Shown in pieces: positions 47,954 through 58,194 of a DNA stretch of 64,000 bases. The position numbers and the translations under genes are program-made. Below the pieces are notes generated by a model. The model saw only the letters and a list, made by a program, of their open reading frames with translations, was not told where the DNA came from and did no database searches. The stretch is from Minisyncoccota bacterium. Lineage in GTDB: Bacteria > Patescibacteriota > Minisyncoccia > UBA6257 > UBA9933. The DNA lies in the NCBI GenBank assembly GCA_041653755.1, contig JBAZEU010000002.1:16707-80706 (forward strand). Direction: 5' to 3'. Within the stretch, counting starts at the first letter, position 1. Every line of letters begins with the position of its first letter.

Positions 47954-48370
47954 ATGAACGAACAGCAAAAATTTTACGAAATTGGTTTTGTCTCTGGCGT
48001 AGAAGAAGGCAAGGCGCAGGTAGAAAAGACGATAAAGGACCTGCAGGGAGAAATAACCAGAGAGGGAGAGAACTTAAAGTTGAGGTTATCTTATCCGATT
48101 AATAAGCAGACAAATGGCTTTTTTTCTTATGTTCAGTTCATGTTAGACCCGAAGGACATAGACGTTTTAAAAAAGACGTTAAAGCTTAATTCTTCGATAT
48201 TAAGATTTCTTGTTATAAAGCCAACTGAAGAAAAAGAGAGGACCCAGCCGGAAAAAGAAATAAAAAGAGAAAGAGTTGTTTCAGCTCCGGTTGAATTGCC
48301 AAGCCGAAAATCTACGGATACTTTAAGCAACGAAGAATTAGAAAAAAAGATAGAGGAAATATTGCAATAA
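47954..48370 (+). CDS. rpsF: 30S ribosomal protein S6
   Basis: YEI…LSYPINK…ILRFLV; rpsF-ssb-rpsR synteny. Confidence 0.9.
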   Translation: MNEQQKFYEIGFVSGVEEGKAQVEKTIKDLQGEITREGENLKLRLSYPINKQTNGFFSYVQFMLDPKDIDVLKKTLKLNSSILRFLVIKPTEEKERTQPEKEIKRERVVSAPVELPSRKSTDTLSNEELEKKIEEILQ

Positions 48371-48371
48371 T

Positions 48372-48824
48372 ATGAATTTAAATAAAGTTTTTATCATAGG
48401 ACGATTGACTGATGACCCGCAATTGCGGGCTACTCAGACCGGTACGCCAGTCGGCAGTTTTTCGCTTGCCACTAATCGTGTTTGGACCGACAAAAGCGGA
48501 ATGAAGCAGGAAGAAGCTGAATATCACAATATCGTAGTTTGGGGAAGACAAGCGGAAATTGCCAATCAATTCTTGAAAAAAGGAAGCGAGGCCTTAATCG
48601 AAGGAAGATTAAGGACAAGAACATGGCAGGATAAACAGGGGCAAAATCGAAGAACCACTGAAATAATTTGCGAAAGATTACAGCTTGGACAAAGACCGAT
48701 GGGGCAAGCTAGCGGTTCTAATTTTTCTCCTAAACCAGAGGTTGGAGCTCCAGCCCCGGTTCAAGACCTTCCGGAAATCAATATCGACGAAGAAGGAATT
48801 AAAGCAGAGGATTTGCCATTTTAA
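48372..48824 (+). CDS. ssb: Single-stranded DNA-binding protein
   Basis: NKVFIIGRLT.DP OB fold; acidic EDLPF tail. Confidence 0.97.
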   Translation: MNLNKVFIIGRLTDDPQLRATQTGTPVGSFSLATNRVWTDKSGMKQEEAEYHNIVVWGRQAEIANQFLKKGSEALIEGRLRTRTWQDKQGQNRRTTEIICERLQLGQRPMGQASGSNFSPKPEVGAPAPVQDLPEINIDEEGIKAEDLPF

Positions 48825-48827
48825 AAT

Positions 48828-49025
48828 ATGCAGTGCTTTTTTTGTTCACAAAATTTAAAAGAAGTTGACTATAAAGATATTGAGCTTTTGAAGCGTTTTG
48901 TTTCCGGCCAGGCAAAAGTCATCGACCCTGTTCATACCGGCACTTGCGCCAAGCATCAAAGAAAATTAGCGCAGGCCATCAAACGCGCGCGTTATTTGGC
49001 GTTACTCCCGTTTGTGAGGAGATAA
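48828..49025 (+). CDS. rpsR: 30S ribosomal protein S18 (Zn-binding form)
   Basis: CFFC…DYKD..LLKRF…TGTCAKHQR.LA.AIKRAR..ALLPF. Confidence 0.96.
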   Translation: MQCFFCSQNLKEVDYKDIELLKRFVSGQAKVIDPVHTGTCAKHQRKLAQAIKRARYLALLPFVRR

Positions 49026-49027
49026 AA

Positions 49028-49546
49028 ATGCTTTTCGACACAACAATCTTTAATTTCATCTTTGGCTTAGCCAGAAAGAGCAAGTTGCTCGATAGTTTAG
49101 GAATCTTTTTGGCAAAATATTTGCCGTATATTTTAGTTATCTTAGCGATTGTTTTAATCTTAAAAGAAAAAAACTGGAAAAATCAGGTTTATATTTTTTC
49201 TTTGATGGCGCTTTCAGTAATTTTAAGCAGGGGAATAATAACAGAAATAATTAAATTTTTTTGGCATAGAGAAAGACCTTTTGTGGCTATGAATTTTCAG
49301 CCGTTGGCGACGCCTTGGACTAATTGGTCTTTCCCTTCGGCTCACGCTGTGGCATTTTTTGCTCTAGCTTTCGCGATATTTTTAATAAGCAAGCATTTAG
49401 GGGTTTGGTTTATTGTTGGTGCGTGTTTAATAGGCCTAGCCAGAATTTTTATAGGCGTCCATTGGCCAACAGATATTTTAGGAGGGATTTTAGTTGCATT
49501 TATTAGTGTTTTGATTGTAAAAAAATTATTGCCGGGAGTAAGTTAA
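49028..49546 (+). CDS. PAP2 family phosphatase (undecaprenyl-diphosphatase-like)
   Basis: K…RERP, SFPSAH, ARIFIGVHWPTD; start trimmed to ATG 49028. Confidence 0.9.
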   Translation: MLFDTTIFNFIFGLARKSKLLDSLGIFLAKYLPYILVILAIVLILKEKNWKNQVYIFSLMALSVILSRGIITEIIKFFWHRERPFVAMNFQPLATPWTNWSFPSAHAVAFFALAFAIFLISKHLGVWFIVGACLIGLARIFIGVHWPTDILGGILVAFISVLIVKKLLPGVS

Positions 49547-49594
49547 AAGCAATAGAAAATCTATTAAAAAACATCCATTATGGATGTTTTTTTG

Positions 49595-49678
49595 TGCCCG
49601 GGGAGAGGGTCGAACTCTCACAATCTTGCGATTACAGGATTTTGAGTCCTGCGCGTCTGCCAGTTCCGCCACCCGGGC
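49595..49678 (-). tRNA. tRNA-Leu(CAA)
   Basis: Loop CTCAAAA; long variable arm. Confidence 0.94.
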
Positions 49679-49731
49679 GAACTACTTATTTTTACCAAAA
49701 AATTCGCTTATAGTAAACAACTTTCGGTATT

Positions 49732-51741
49732 TTATTCTTCAATTTTTTGTCCTTCGGTTTCTGTTCCTGGTTTTTTCCAGCTTATGAAATCGCATTTTGG
49801 CCATATTGAACAGCCGTAAAACATCCTTCTTTTTTTAGTTCGTCTCATTACAACTTTTCCCTCCTTACATTTTGGGCACGGGCCTAAATCAATGGAATCG
49901 GAATATGACTTGGTGTTTTTGCATTCCGGAAAGCCGGAACAGGCCAAGAATTTTCCAAAACGGCCATATTTTACTATCATTGGTTTTCCGCATAGGTCGC
50001 AAGCTTTATCTATTTTTTCTTCAGTGAGCTCAACTTTTTCTACGATATTTATTTTCGCTTCAAGGTTTTTTATGAACGGCTCATAAAATTCTCTGATAAC
50101 CTTTTTCCACTCGATTTTTCCTTCCGCGATTTCATCTAACTCTTCTTCCATTTTCGCGGTGAAACTAATATCAACAATTTCAGGGAAGTGAGCAACTAAA
50201 AGCTTATTTACTGCTTCGCCGATTTCAGTCGGCACAAACTGCCTACTTTCGTTTTTAATAACGTAATTTCGGTCTTGGATAACGGATATTGTCGGTGCGT
50301 AAGTCGATGGCCGTCCAATACCATATTTTTCCAATATTTTGATAAGAGAAGCTTCATTATATCGGGCTGGGGGCTCGGTGAAGTGTTGATCTGGTTTAAC
50401 TTCAACTAGGTCTAATTTCTCGTTTTCAGAAAGCTCCGGCAATGATTTTTCTTCAAATTTAGTTTGCCAAACCTTTAAAAATCCATCGAAACGAAGCATG
50501 CTTCCATTAGTCTGCAGCTTATATGAATTTTTGTTTTTTGCTTCGATTTCTATTTTTGTTGAATCAAAGATTGCCTGCGGCAGCTGTGAAGCGATAAATC
50601 TTCTCCAGATTAAATCATAGAGTTTTGTTTCTTGTTTGCTTTCAGATTTAAAATCTTGCCCTGTTAAATCAGGACGAGTTGGTCTTATTGCTTCGTGCGC
50701 TTCTTGGGCAGTTTTTGATTTTGTCTTGAAAAATCTCGGCGCTTGGCTGGCATATTTTTCACCGAAGTTTTTTTCAATCCAGTTTTTTGTGGCAAGAACT
50801 GAATCTTTTGATAAGTTTAAAGAATCAGTTCTCATATAAGTAATTAGACCTTTTTCATAAAGGCCTTGGGCTAATCGCATCGTTTGTTTTGCGGAATATC
50901 CTAATCGGTTGGCTGATGCTTGTTGCAAGGACGAAGTTGTAAACGGCGTTGGCGGATTTTTAAAAATTTCTTTCTTTTCTATCGTTAAAATTTTTAAGTC
51001 GCATTTTTCTAAATCTTTCGCAATTTTTTCCGCTTCGTCTTTTGTCTTTATCCCTAATTTAGGAATTGGCTTATCGTTGATTTCCGATAGGTTTGCTAAA
51101 AATTGAGTTTTTTTATTTTTCGGCTGAAGCAATGTTTCAATTGTCCAGTATTCATCGGGCTTGAAATTTCTGATTTCATCTTCCCTTTCAACGATTAAGC
51201 GCAAGGCAACCGATTGAACCCGGCCGGCGGAAAGCCGTTTCATTATTTTTGCCCACAGGAAAGGGGAGAGCTTATAGCCAACTAAGCGATCAAGCACTCT
51301 TCTGCCTTGTTGGGCGTTTACCATGTTTAAATCAATGCTTCGCGGGGTTTTTAGCGCTTCTTCGATAGCTGGTTTGGTGATTTCGTGGAAAACAATACGT
51401 TCAACCTTTATTGGTTCTGAATTCTTAATTCTTAGTTCTTCATTCTCAAGCCCCAAGGCTTGAGTTAGGTGCCAAGCAATGGCTTCGCCTTCCCGGTCTT
51501 CGTCAGTGGCAAGAATGATTTTATCGGCTTTTTGAGATTCTTTTTTAAGAAAAGTAACCCGCTTTTTTGATTTAGTGGGTATGATATATTGGGGCTCAAA
51601 ATCTTTTTCAAGATCAACGCCTAATTTGCTTTTCGGCAAATCTCTGATGTGACCATAAGAGGATTCAACTTTATAGTCAGACCCAAGAAATTTTGAGATG
51701 GTTGTTGCTTTTGTCGGCGACTCTACGATTACTAATTTCAT
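49732..51741 (-). CDS. topA: DNA topoisomerase I
   Basis: LVIVESP.K, DEDREGE, SAGRVQS, ITYMRTDS, two C-terminal Zn ribbons. Confidence 0.98.
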   Translation of the reverse strand: MKLVIVESPTKATTISKFLGSDYKVESSYGHIRDLPKSKLGVDLEKDFEPQYIIPTKSKKRVTFLKKESQKADKIILATDEDREGEAIAWHLTQALGLENEELRIKNSEPIKVERIVFHEITKPAIEEALKTPRSIDLNMVNAQQGRRVLDRLVGYKLSPFLWAKIMKRLSAGRVQSVALRLIVEREDEIRNFKPDEYWTIETLLQPKNKKTQFLANLSEINDKPIPKLGIKTKDEAEKIAKDLEKCDLKILTIEKKEIFKNPPTPFTTSSLQQASANRLGYSAKQTMRLAQGLYEKGLITYMRTDSLNLSKDSVLATKNWIEKNFGEKYASQAPRFFKTKSKTAQEAHEAIRPTRPDLTGQDFKSESKQETKLYDLIWRRFIASQLPQAIFDSTKIEIEAKNKNSYKLQTNGSMLRFDGFLKVWQTKFEEKSLPELSENEKLDLVEVKPDQHFTEPPARYNEASLIKILEKYGIGRPSTYAPTISVIQDRNYVIKNESRQFVPTEIGEAVNKLLVAHFPEIVDISFTAKMEEELDEIAEGKIEWKKVIREFYEPFIKNLEAKINIVEKVELTEEKIDKACDLCGKPMIVKYGRFGKFLACSGFPECKNTKSYSDSIDLGPCPKCKEGKVVMRRTKKRRMFYGCSIWPKCDFISWKKPGTETEGQKIEE

Positions 51742-52799
51742 ATTATGAAACCTTTTTCTGTTTCTTTCACAATGCCTTCAATAATTAAGAAAGAAATTGC
51801 CTGGTTTGCGGCTTGCGGTTCCAGTTTAGCCAGAAAACTTATTTTGTCAATAGTTAGAGGTGTCCCAGATTCTTCTAATGCTTTCAGAATAGTGATTTGA
51901 TTTTTATCGCTAATACCATCAATAATTGATTTTTGTTTTTCCTTTTTCGCCTGCCTGCTGGTAGGCAAGGTTTTTGTTTCTATCCCCAAATCTTCTAAAA
52001 CATCTTTAGCCGAAGTAATTAGCCTTGCTCCCTCCCGGAGTAATTTTAACGAGCCGTCGTAATTTTTATTGTTTAACGGTCCAGGCACGACAAAAATTTC
52101 TCGATTTTGCTCAATTGCATACCGTGCGGTATTTAATGAACCGGATTCAAAAGGCGCTTCGATAATAATTATAGCGGTGGATAAGCCGCTAATTATTCTG
52201 TTCCTCGCAAGAAAATTATCGCGATACGTTGGAGAACCCAGCGGATATTCAGAAATGATGCAGCCGCCGGTTTCTAAAATTTGCTTGGCCAATCGGTGGT
52301 TTTGTCTCGGATAAAAACTTCCAATTTCATTTCCTAAAACTGCGATAGTTTTTGCTTTTGCCTTTAACGCGCCTAAATGGCTGGCGGAATCAATGCCTAG
52401 CGCCAATCCGCTGACAATCGTTAGCCCATTTTCTCCCAATTCTTTTGCAAAACATTCGGCAATGTCCCGACCGACAGTCGTTGCTTTTCTTGTGCCCACG
52501 ATAGCAATTCGTGTTTCGTTATTTTCGGGCAATTCGCCTTTAACGTAAATTCCTAAAGGCGGGAAGGGGATTTCTTTAAGCAGGGCAGGATATTCCTGAT
52601 CATCGGTTAGAATAAGGCGAATGTTTTGCCTTATAAGCTTTTGCCACTCATTATCAATATCAATTTTCCCGATTTTTCCCTCAAATGAGTTAAAAGCTTT
52701 CTCGTAAGACGTAAATTCGAGCTTTAATTTGCTTATAGTCTTATAATTGGCTTTCAGGATTAGGTTTAGCGCGTTAAAATATTTACTTTCTTTTTTCAT
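51738..52799 (-). CDS. dprA: DNA-processing protein DprA
   Basis: IAIVGTR, IVSGLALGID, RNRIISG, SGSLNTA. Confidence 0.96.
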   Translation of the reverse strand: MKKESKYFNALNLILKANYKTISKLKLEFTSYEKAFNSFEGKIGKIDIDNEWQKLIRQNIRLILTDDQEYPALLKEIPFPPLGIYVKGELPENNETRIAIVGTRKATTVGRDIAECFAKELGENGLTIVSGLALGIDSASHLGALKAKAKTIAVLGNEIGSFYPRQNHRLAKQILETGGCIISEYPLGSPTYRDNFLARNRIISGLSTAIIIIEAPFESGSLNTARYAIEQNREIFVVPGPLNNKNYDGSLKLLREGARLITSAKDVLEDLGIETKTLPTSRQAKKEKQKSIIDGISDKNQITILKALEESGTPLTIDKISFLAKLEPQAANQAISFLIIEGIVKETEKGFII

Positions 52800-52838
52800 T
52801 TGCTTGCTGTTTTCATTATGGATATAATTAAAAGGTAG

Positions 52839-53363
52839 ATGGCTAGCTTCAATAAATCCCTTACAAAATCTTTTATGATAACATTGGTTATCGTTTTGAT
52901 TTTGATTGCAGGAATTTGGTACGTTTCAAAAGATATTAACAAAAGAGTAGCTTCAATTCAAAGCTTACAGAATCAAATAGCCGTAACTTTGGGAGAATCT
53001 TATTCTTTAGCCACTCTCCGGCCCGCTTCGATTAAAGCCAATGAAGTAATCCCGATTTTAGACACTTATTTAATAGATAAGGACGACGTGGTGGTTAATT
53101 TCAAATCAGCCATTGAAGCATTAGCTAAAGAAAACAAAATTACTTCCCTAAATTTTTCTTTTACCGGTGAAGGAATTTTAACCAGTGAAGGGTTCACAAG
53201 AACTAGTTTTAGCCTTAATTTCATCAGCGCTTACGATGATCTGATTAATTTTCTGAAATCAGCCGGAGATAGCCATTTTGTGATTAAATTTATTAATCCT
53301 GATATTTCGCAACAGGATGCAAGATATAATACTTCAATCTTCGGCCAAGTATTTTCTTTTTAA
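52839..53363 (+). CDS. PilO-like type IV pilus alignment protein
   Basis: N-terminal TM, coiled coil, then a ferredoxin-like domain (YDDLINFLKS). Confidence 0.6.
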   Translation: MASFNKSLTKSFMITLVIVLILIAGIWYVSKDINKRVASIQSLQNQIAVTLGESYSLATLRPASIKANEVIPILDTYLIDKDDVVVNFKSAIEALAKENKITSLNFSFTGEGILTSEGFTRTSFSLNFISAYDDLINFLKSAGDSHFVIKFINPDISQQDARYNTSIFGQVFSF

Positions 53364-53369
53364 TCTTAT

Positions 53370-53663
53370 ATGCTTACCCAAGACAAAAAATTAATTACCT
53401 TTACAGTCATTACTCTTCTAATCATTTTAATAATGGTTGGCTGTGTGGCGTGGATGATCAGATATTTAACCGAAGGATTAAATCTGGCTTTGACCTATAG
53501 GGGTTCTGGCGATGGGAAAATTCAGGGATTTAATTTTGAGGGATTAAAAAACATTGGGATAAAAGAAATCAATGATATTCTAAATGCTACTTCAATGTCT
53601 ACTTCAACCACTCCAACGTCAACAAATTCGACCTCGACTTCGGCCACTTCAACCGATCATTAA
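53370..53663 (+). CDS. Small membrane protein with a Ser/Thr-rich tail
   Basis: TM helix; C-terminal STSTTPTSTNSTSTSATST. Confidence 0.7.
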   Translation: MLTQDKKLITFTVITLLIILIMVGCVAWMIRYLTEGLNLALTYRGSGDGKIQGFNFEGLKNIGIKEINDILNATSMSTSTTPTSTNSTSTSATSTDH

Positions 53664-53717
53664 GTAAAAAGGTATTGCTGTTTTTTACCCTTTTTGGTAA
53701 GGTGGTAATTGTTTTTT

Positions 53718-53792
53718 GGGTGCGTAGTTCAGTGGTAGAACGCTGTCCTGATAAGACAGAGGTCGAAGGTCCGATTCCTTCCGCACCCACCA
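53718..53792 (+). tRNA. tRNA-Ile(GAT)
   Basis: Loop CTGATAA; T-loop TCCGATT; encoded CCA. Confidence 0.93.
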
Positions 53793-53793
53793 A

Positions 53794-53865
53794 GGGCGTT
53801 TAGCTCAGTGGTAGAGCGTTTCATTGACATTGAAAAGGTCAGAGGTCCGATCCCTCTAACGCCCA
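53794..53865 (+). tRNA. tRNA-Val(GAC)
   Basis: Loop TTGACAT; T-loop TCCGATC. Confidence 0.92.
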
Positions 53866-53906
53866 CAAAATCCCGATGTAGCGGGATTTTTTGATACAAT
53901 ATAAAA

Positions 53907-54629
53907 ATGGAACCAAAGATTATTTACGAAGATGAAAATTTTATCGCGGTTAACAAGCCAGCGGGGATGCTGGTACATCCCATTAACGGCAGAGAGAAGG
54001 AACCAACCTTGGTAAGTTTTATTACTGAAAAATATCCTGAAATAAAAGATGTTGGTGATCAGCCCGAAACAAGGCCAGGCATTGTTCATCGTTTAGACAG
54101 AGATACTTCCGGAGTGATTTTAGTGGCGCGTAATCAAAGATATTTTGAATATCTAAAAAATCTTTTTCAAACCCGTCAGATTAAAAAAACTTATTTGGCT
54201 TTAGTGCTAGGGAAATTAGAACCGAAACAGGGGATTATTGAAAAGCCGATCAGCTTGAAAACAGGAAGCGTTAAAAGAACAGTTTGGGAAGGAAAAGATG
54301 CAAAACCGGCTGTTACAGAATATAAGGTTAAAAAATATTTCAGTTTTGACGGGCAAGATTATTCTTTAGTTGAAGCGTTTCCGAAAACCGGCCGAACCCA
54401 TCAAATTAGAATTCATTTTTCATCTACTGGCCATCCGATAATTGGCGATAAGCTTTACGGTTCTAAAAAATCGAATCCGCCAGCTGGCGAACCGTTCAAT
54501 TTGAACCGGCAATTCCTTCATGCCCAGTCATTAGAGTTTATTACCGAAGACGGCAAACGAATAAAAATAGAAGCTGATTTACCGGAGGAATTAAAGGAAA
54601 TTATTGACAGTTTAAGTAATAACCGATAA
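53907..54629 (+). CDS. RluA family pseudouridine synthase
   Basis: NKPAG, HRLDRDTSG, TGRTHQIRIH, GHPIIGDKLYG, LHA. Confidence 0.95.
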   Translation: MEPKIIYEDENFIAVNKPAGMLVHPINGREKEPTLVSFITEKYPEIKDVGDQPETRPGIVHRLDRDTSGVILVARNQRYFEYLKNLFQTRQIKKTYLALVLGKLEPKQGIIEKPISLKTGSVKRTVWEGKDAKPAVTEYKVKKYFSFDGQDYSLVEAFPKTGRTHQIRIHFSSTGHPIIGDKLYGSKKSNPPAGEPFNLNRQFLHAQSLEFITEDGKRIKIEADLPEELKEIIDSLSNNR

Positions 54630-54642
54630 ACTGTAACCTGTC

Positions 54643-54942
54643 ATGGATGAAGCAATCTTAACCAAAATTAAATCAGGCGCTACAGTCAGGGTTCACGAGA
54701 AAAATGGCGGGACCTTTCAAGGGATTGTAATAGCGAGAAAGCACGGCAGCGAAATCGGCGCCACCTTTACGGTTAGGGCTGTTTTGGCTGGTGTTGGCGT
54801 TGAAAAAGTTTACCCAATTCATTCGCCTAATATAAAAGTAGATATTGTAAACTCTCCTAAAAAAGTTCATCGTTCAAAGCTCTATTTTGTTCGGGATCTT
54901 TCCAAGAAAAAATCTCGTCAGAAAATCGGCGTCGCGGCTTAA
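54643..54942 (+). CDS. rplS: 50S ribosomal protein L19
   Basis: G.TVRVH…FQGIVIA…TFTVR…GVGVEK.YP.HSP…RSKLYF.R. Confidence 0.95.
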   Translation: MDEAILTKIKSGATVRVHEKNGGTFQGIVIARKHGSEIGATFTVRAVLAGVGVEKVYPIHSPNIKVDIVNSPKKVHRSKLYFVRDLSKKKSRQKIGVAA

Positions 54943-54945
54943 AAC

Positions 54946-55029
54946 GCGCGGGTGGCGAAACTGGCAGACGCACTACCTTGAGGTGGTAGCGCCCGCAAGG
55001 GCTTGGAGGTTCGAGTCCTCTCCCGCGCA
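54946..55029 (+). tRNA. tRNA-Leu(GAG)
   Basis: Loop TTGAGGT; long variable arm. Confidence 0.94.
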
Positions 55030-55046
55030 CTTATACTTAAAAAAAG

Positions 55047-55082
55047 AAAACCCTAATTGCCAGAGGGCAATTAGGGTTTTTT
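55047..55082. terminator. Bidirectional terminator
   Basis: aaaaccctaattgcc-agag-ggcaattagggtttt. Confidence 0.8.
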
Positions 55083-55553
55083 GATACCAAGTATTTCTTG
55101 GGTCTTAACTACTTTCAAAACAAGCTCTTTTATCTCGATGCTTGAAAAATCAAGGAATGGGTTTTGGCCGTTGGTAATGTGTAATGCCGAGTTAAGTACC
55201 AGCGTTGATCCTTGAGGCGCGTTTGTCACTTTGGGTATAGTTTTAGTTTCTGACGTTTCTTGCAGCAGCTCTTCTTTGATAGATAAGCTCTTGGTTTGCG
55301 GTTCGTATGTCACTGCGATTAACTTTCCATTGTTGGTTATCTTTACAAAAAAATCTGCAATTTTGATGTTGGGAGCGTGGAAGATTGTCTCGGGGCCATT
55401 GAAGATGCGCAAGTTCGTCGGGTTAACTACTAATGTTGATCCTTGAGGCGCGGTGATTGTTTTTGCTGTGCTTGGCGTTTGTTGAATTGTCTCTTCTTTC
55501 ACGAGCAAGGATTTTGTTTCCTGGCTATATGTTACCGTGGCTATCATATCCAT
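55071..55553 (-). CDS. Hypothetical protein made of two ~75-aa repeats
   Basis: VTYSQETKSLLVKEE…APQGSTLV and VTYEPQTKSLSIKEE…APQGSTLV. AGGAGG RBS; TTGACA-17-CATAAT promoter at 55591-55619. Confidence 0.75.
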   Translation of the reverse strand: MDMIATVTYSQETKSLLVKEETIQQTPSTAKTITAPQGSTLVVNPTNLRIFNGPETIFHAPNIKIADFFVKITNNGKLIAVTYEPQTKSLSIKEELLQETSETKTIPKVTNAPQGSTLVLNSALHITNGQNPFLDFSSIEIKELVLKVVKTQEILGIKKP

Positions 55554-55683
55554 AATGTTCCTCCTGTTTTAAAAGAACGATATTTCTATCATTATGTAAG
55601 GGTAGATATTTTTTGTCAAGTACGGCTCTGGGTATACAAAAAGCCGAAAATTTATTAAACTGAAAACACTTATTCGACTAATT

Positions 55684-58089
55684 ATGAATTACAATCATCA
55701 AAAAATCGAGAAGAAATGGCAGGCCTATTGGGAAAAGAATAATTTTAATCGAGCCGAAGATTTTTCCAAAAAACCAAAATATTATTGTTTGGTTGAATTT
55801 CCTTATCCTTCCGGCGACGGGCTTCACATGGGACATTTGAGGAGTTATACGGCGATGGACATTGTTGCCAGAAAAAGAAGGATGGAGGGCTTTAATGTTT
55901 TATTCCCAATCGGCTGGGATGCTTTTGGTTTACCAACAGAGAATTACGCCATCAAAACTGGAATTCATCCCAAGATTGTTACTAAAAAAAACACGGATAC
56001 TTTTAGGAAACAATTAAAGTCATTGGGTTTTTCTTTCGATTGGGATAGAGAGATAGACACAACCGACCCGCAATACTATAAATGGACGCAGTGGATATTT
56101 TTACAGCTTTACAAAAAGGGATTAGCGTATAAAAAGAAAACTACGATAAATTGGTGTCCTTCTTGTAAAATTGGGTTAGCAAACGAAGAAGCTGTTGGTG
56201 GAAAATGCGAAAGATGCGGGACGCCAGTTGAGAAAAAAGAAAAAGAGCAGTGGATTTTAAAAATCACTGAATACGCAGAAAAATTATTAAAGGATTTGAA
56301 TTTAGTTGATTATTGGGAAAAGATAAAAATTCAGCAAGCAAATTGGATTGGAAAGTCAGAAGGTGCATCAATAGATTTTAAGATTCAAGGTTCAAGTTTT
56401 AAGATTCAAGTATTCACGACTCGTCCTGATACTTTATACGGCTGTACATATATGGTTTTGTCGCCGGAACATGAACTGGTTCAAAATCTTAAATCCGAAA
56501 TTTCAAATTTCTCCGAAGTTGAAAAATACATAAATGAAGCAAAAAATAAGTCTGATTTGCAGAGAACGGAAGAGAAGGAAAAAACGGGTGTTGAGTTGAA
56601 GGGGATAAAAGCGATTAATCCTGTTAACGGAAAAGAAATTCCGATTTTTGCGGCTGATTATGTTCTATCGTCTTATGGCACAGGAGCGATTATGGCTGTG
56701 CCGGCTCACGACCAGCGGGATTTTGATTTCGCAAGAAAATTTGGTTTAGAAATTATTCAGGTTATAGCTTCGAAATCTGGCGAAAAAGCTGATATCTCGA
56801 AAAAAGCTTTTGAAGAAGAAGGCACAACGATGAATTCGGAAGAATTTGACGGGATGGATAATAGAAAAGCAGGGGAGTTAATAGTTGGGAAAATCGGTGC
56901 TAAAAAAACCGTAAATTATAAACTTCGTGATTGGATTTTTTCCAGACAGCATTATTGGGGAGAACCAATACCAATTGTGTTTTGCGAGAAATGTGGAGAA
57001 GTTCCGGTCGACGAAAAAGATTTACCAGTAAAGCTTCCGGAAGTGAAAAAATATGAACCAACTGATACCGGTGAATCACCGCTAGCTGCTATCAAAGAAT
57101 GGGTAAATACGAAATGTCCGAAGTGCGGCGGACCGGCAAAAAGGGAAACTGATACAATGCCGAATTGGGCAGGTTCGTCTTGGTATTTTTTAAGATACAT
57201 TGATCCGAAAAACGATAAGTCATTTGCGGATTTCAAAAAATTAGAATATTGGACGCCTGTTGATTGGTACAATGGCGGGATGGAACATACCACTCTTCAT
57301 TTATTATATTCCCGTTTTTGGAATAAATTTTTATATGATATCGGCGTAGTTCCAACCACAGAGCCTTATAAAAAGAGGACTTCTCAGGGAATGATATTGG
57401 GAGAGGGCGGAGAAAAAATGTCTAAATCCAGAGGCAATGTTGTGAACCCCGACGATCTAGTAAAAGAATTCGGAACTGACGCGACAAGAGTATATGAGAT
57501 GTTTATCGGGCCCTTTGATCAAGCCATCGCTTGGGATCCGCACGGCATAGAAGGAGCATCAAGGTTTTTAAATAAGGTTTGGAATATCAGCCAAGAGAAG
57601 AAAATCAGCGAAGATGTAAACAATGAAGAAATCGAAAAAGAGATAAACAAAGCTATCAAGAAAGTAGGGGAAGATATCGAAATGATGAGATTCAATACGG
57701 CGGTGTCAACGTTGATGATATTTATAAATAAATGTTACGAGTTAGAAGAAATTCCGCTTTCCGTCTGGAAAAAGTTTTTGATAATCTTAGCTCCATTTGC
57801 GCCGCACATCAGCGAAGAATTATGGCAAATTATTGGCGACGAAAAGGAATCAGTTTCAAAGCAAAATTGGCCGAAATATGATGAAAAACTTATAAAAGAA
57901 GATAATTTCGACCTTATTATTCAGGTTAATGGCAAACTACGCCACAAAATCACGACTTCTAAGAACATTTCTCAAAAAGAAGCGGAAGAATTGGCGTTAG
58001 CGGAAGAAAAAATAAAAAATCTCGTCAGAGGCCAATCAATCAAAAAGATAATTTTCGTTAAAGATAAACTTATAAACATTGTTTTATAG
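55684..58089 (+). CDS. leuS: Leucine--tRNA ligase
   Basis: FPYPSG.GLHMGH, FTTRPDT, GTGAIMAVPAHD.RD, KMSKS, QVNGKLR. Confidence 0.98.
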   Translation: MNYNHQKIEKKWQAYWEKNNFNRAEDFSKKPKYYCLVEFPYPSGDGLHMGHLRSYTAMDIVARKRRMEGFNVLFPIGWDAFGLPTENYAIKTGIHPKIVTKKNTDTFRKQLKSLGFSFDWDREIDTTDPQYYKWTQWIFLQLYKKGLAYKKKTTINWCPSCKIGLANEEAVGGKCERCGTPVEKKEKEQWILKITEYAEKLLKDLNLVDYWEKIKIQQANWIGKSEGASIDFKIQGSSFKIQVFTTRPDTLYGCTYMVLSPEHELVQNLKSEISNFSEVEKYINEAKNKSDLQRTEEKEKTGVELKGIKAINPVNGKEIPIFAADYVLSSYGTGAIMAVPAHDQRDFDFARKFGLEIIQVIASKSGEKADISKKAFEEEGTTMNSEEFDGMDNRKAGELIVGKIGAKKTVNYKLRDWIFSRQHYWGEPIPIVFCEKCGEVPVDEKDLPVKLPEVKKYEPTDTGESPLAAIKEWVNTKCPKCGGPAKRETDTMPNWAGSSWYFLRYIDPKNDKSFADFKKLEYWTPVDWYNGGMEHTTLHLLYSRFWNKFLYDIGVVPTTEPYKKRTSQGMILGEGGEKMSKSRGNVVNPDDLVKEFGTDATRVYEMFIGPFDQAIAWDPHGIEGASRFLNKVWNISQEKKISEDVNNEEIEKEINKAIKKVGEDIEMMRFNTAVSTLMIFINKCYELEEIPLSVWKKFLIILAPFAPHISEELWQIIGDEKESVSKQNWPKYDEKLIKEDNFDLIIQVNGKLRHKITTSKNISQKEAEELALAEEKIKNLVRGQSIKKIIFVKDKLINIVL

Positions 58090-58137
58090 ATATTTCTTTA
58101 TGATTTTGTTCAGGGTCTAGGTCTATTAGACATAAAG

Positions 58138-58169
58138 TTGCTATTTCTCGCGGCCGCGAGAAATAGCAA
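58138..58169. terminator. Perfect 32-bp palindrome between convergent leuS and htrA
   Basis: ttgctatttctcgcggccgcgagaaatagcaa. Confidence 0.55.
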
Positions 58170-58194
58170 TAAGAAAAAACGAAAGATAAATCCT

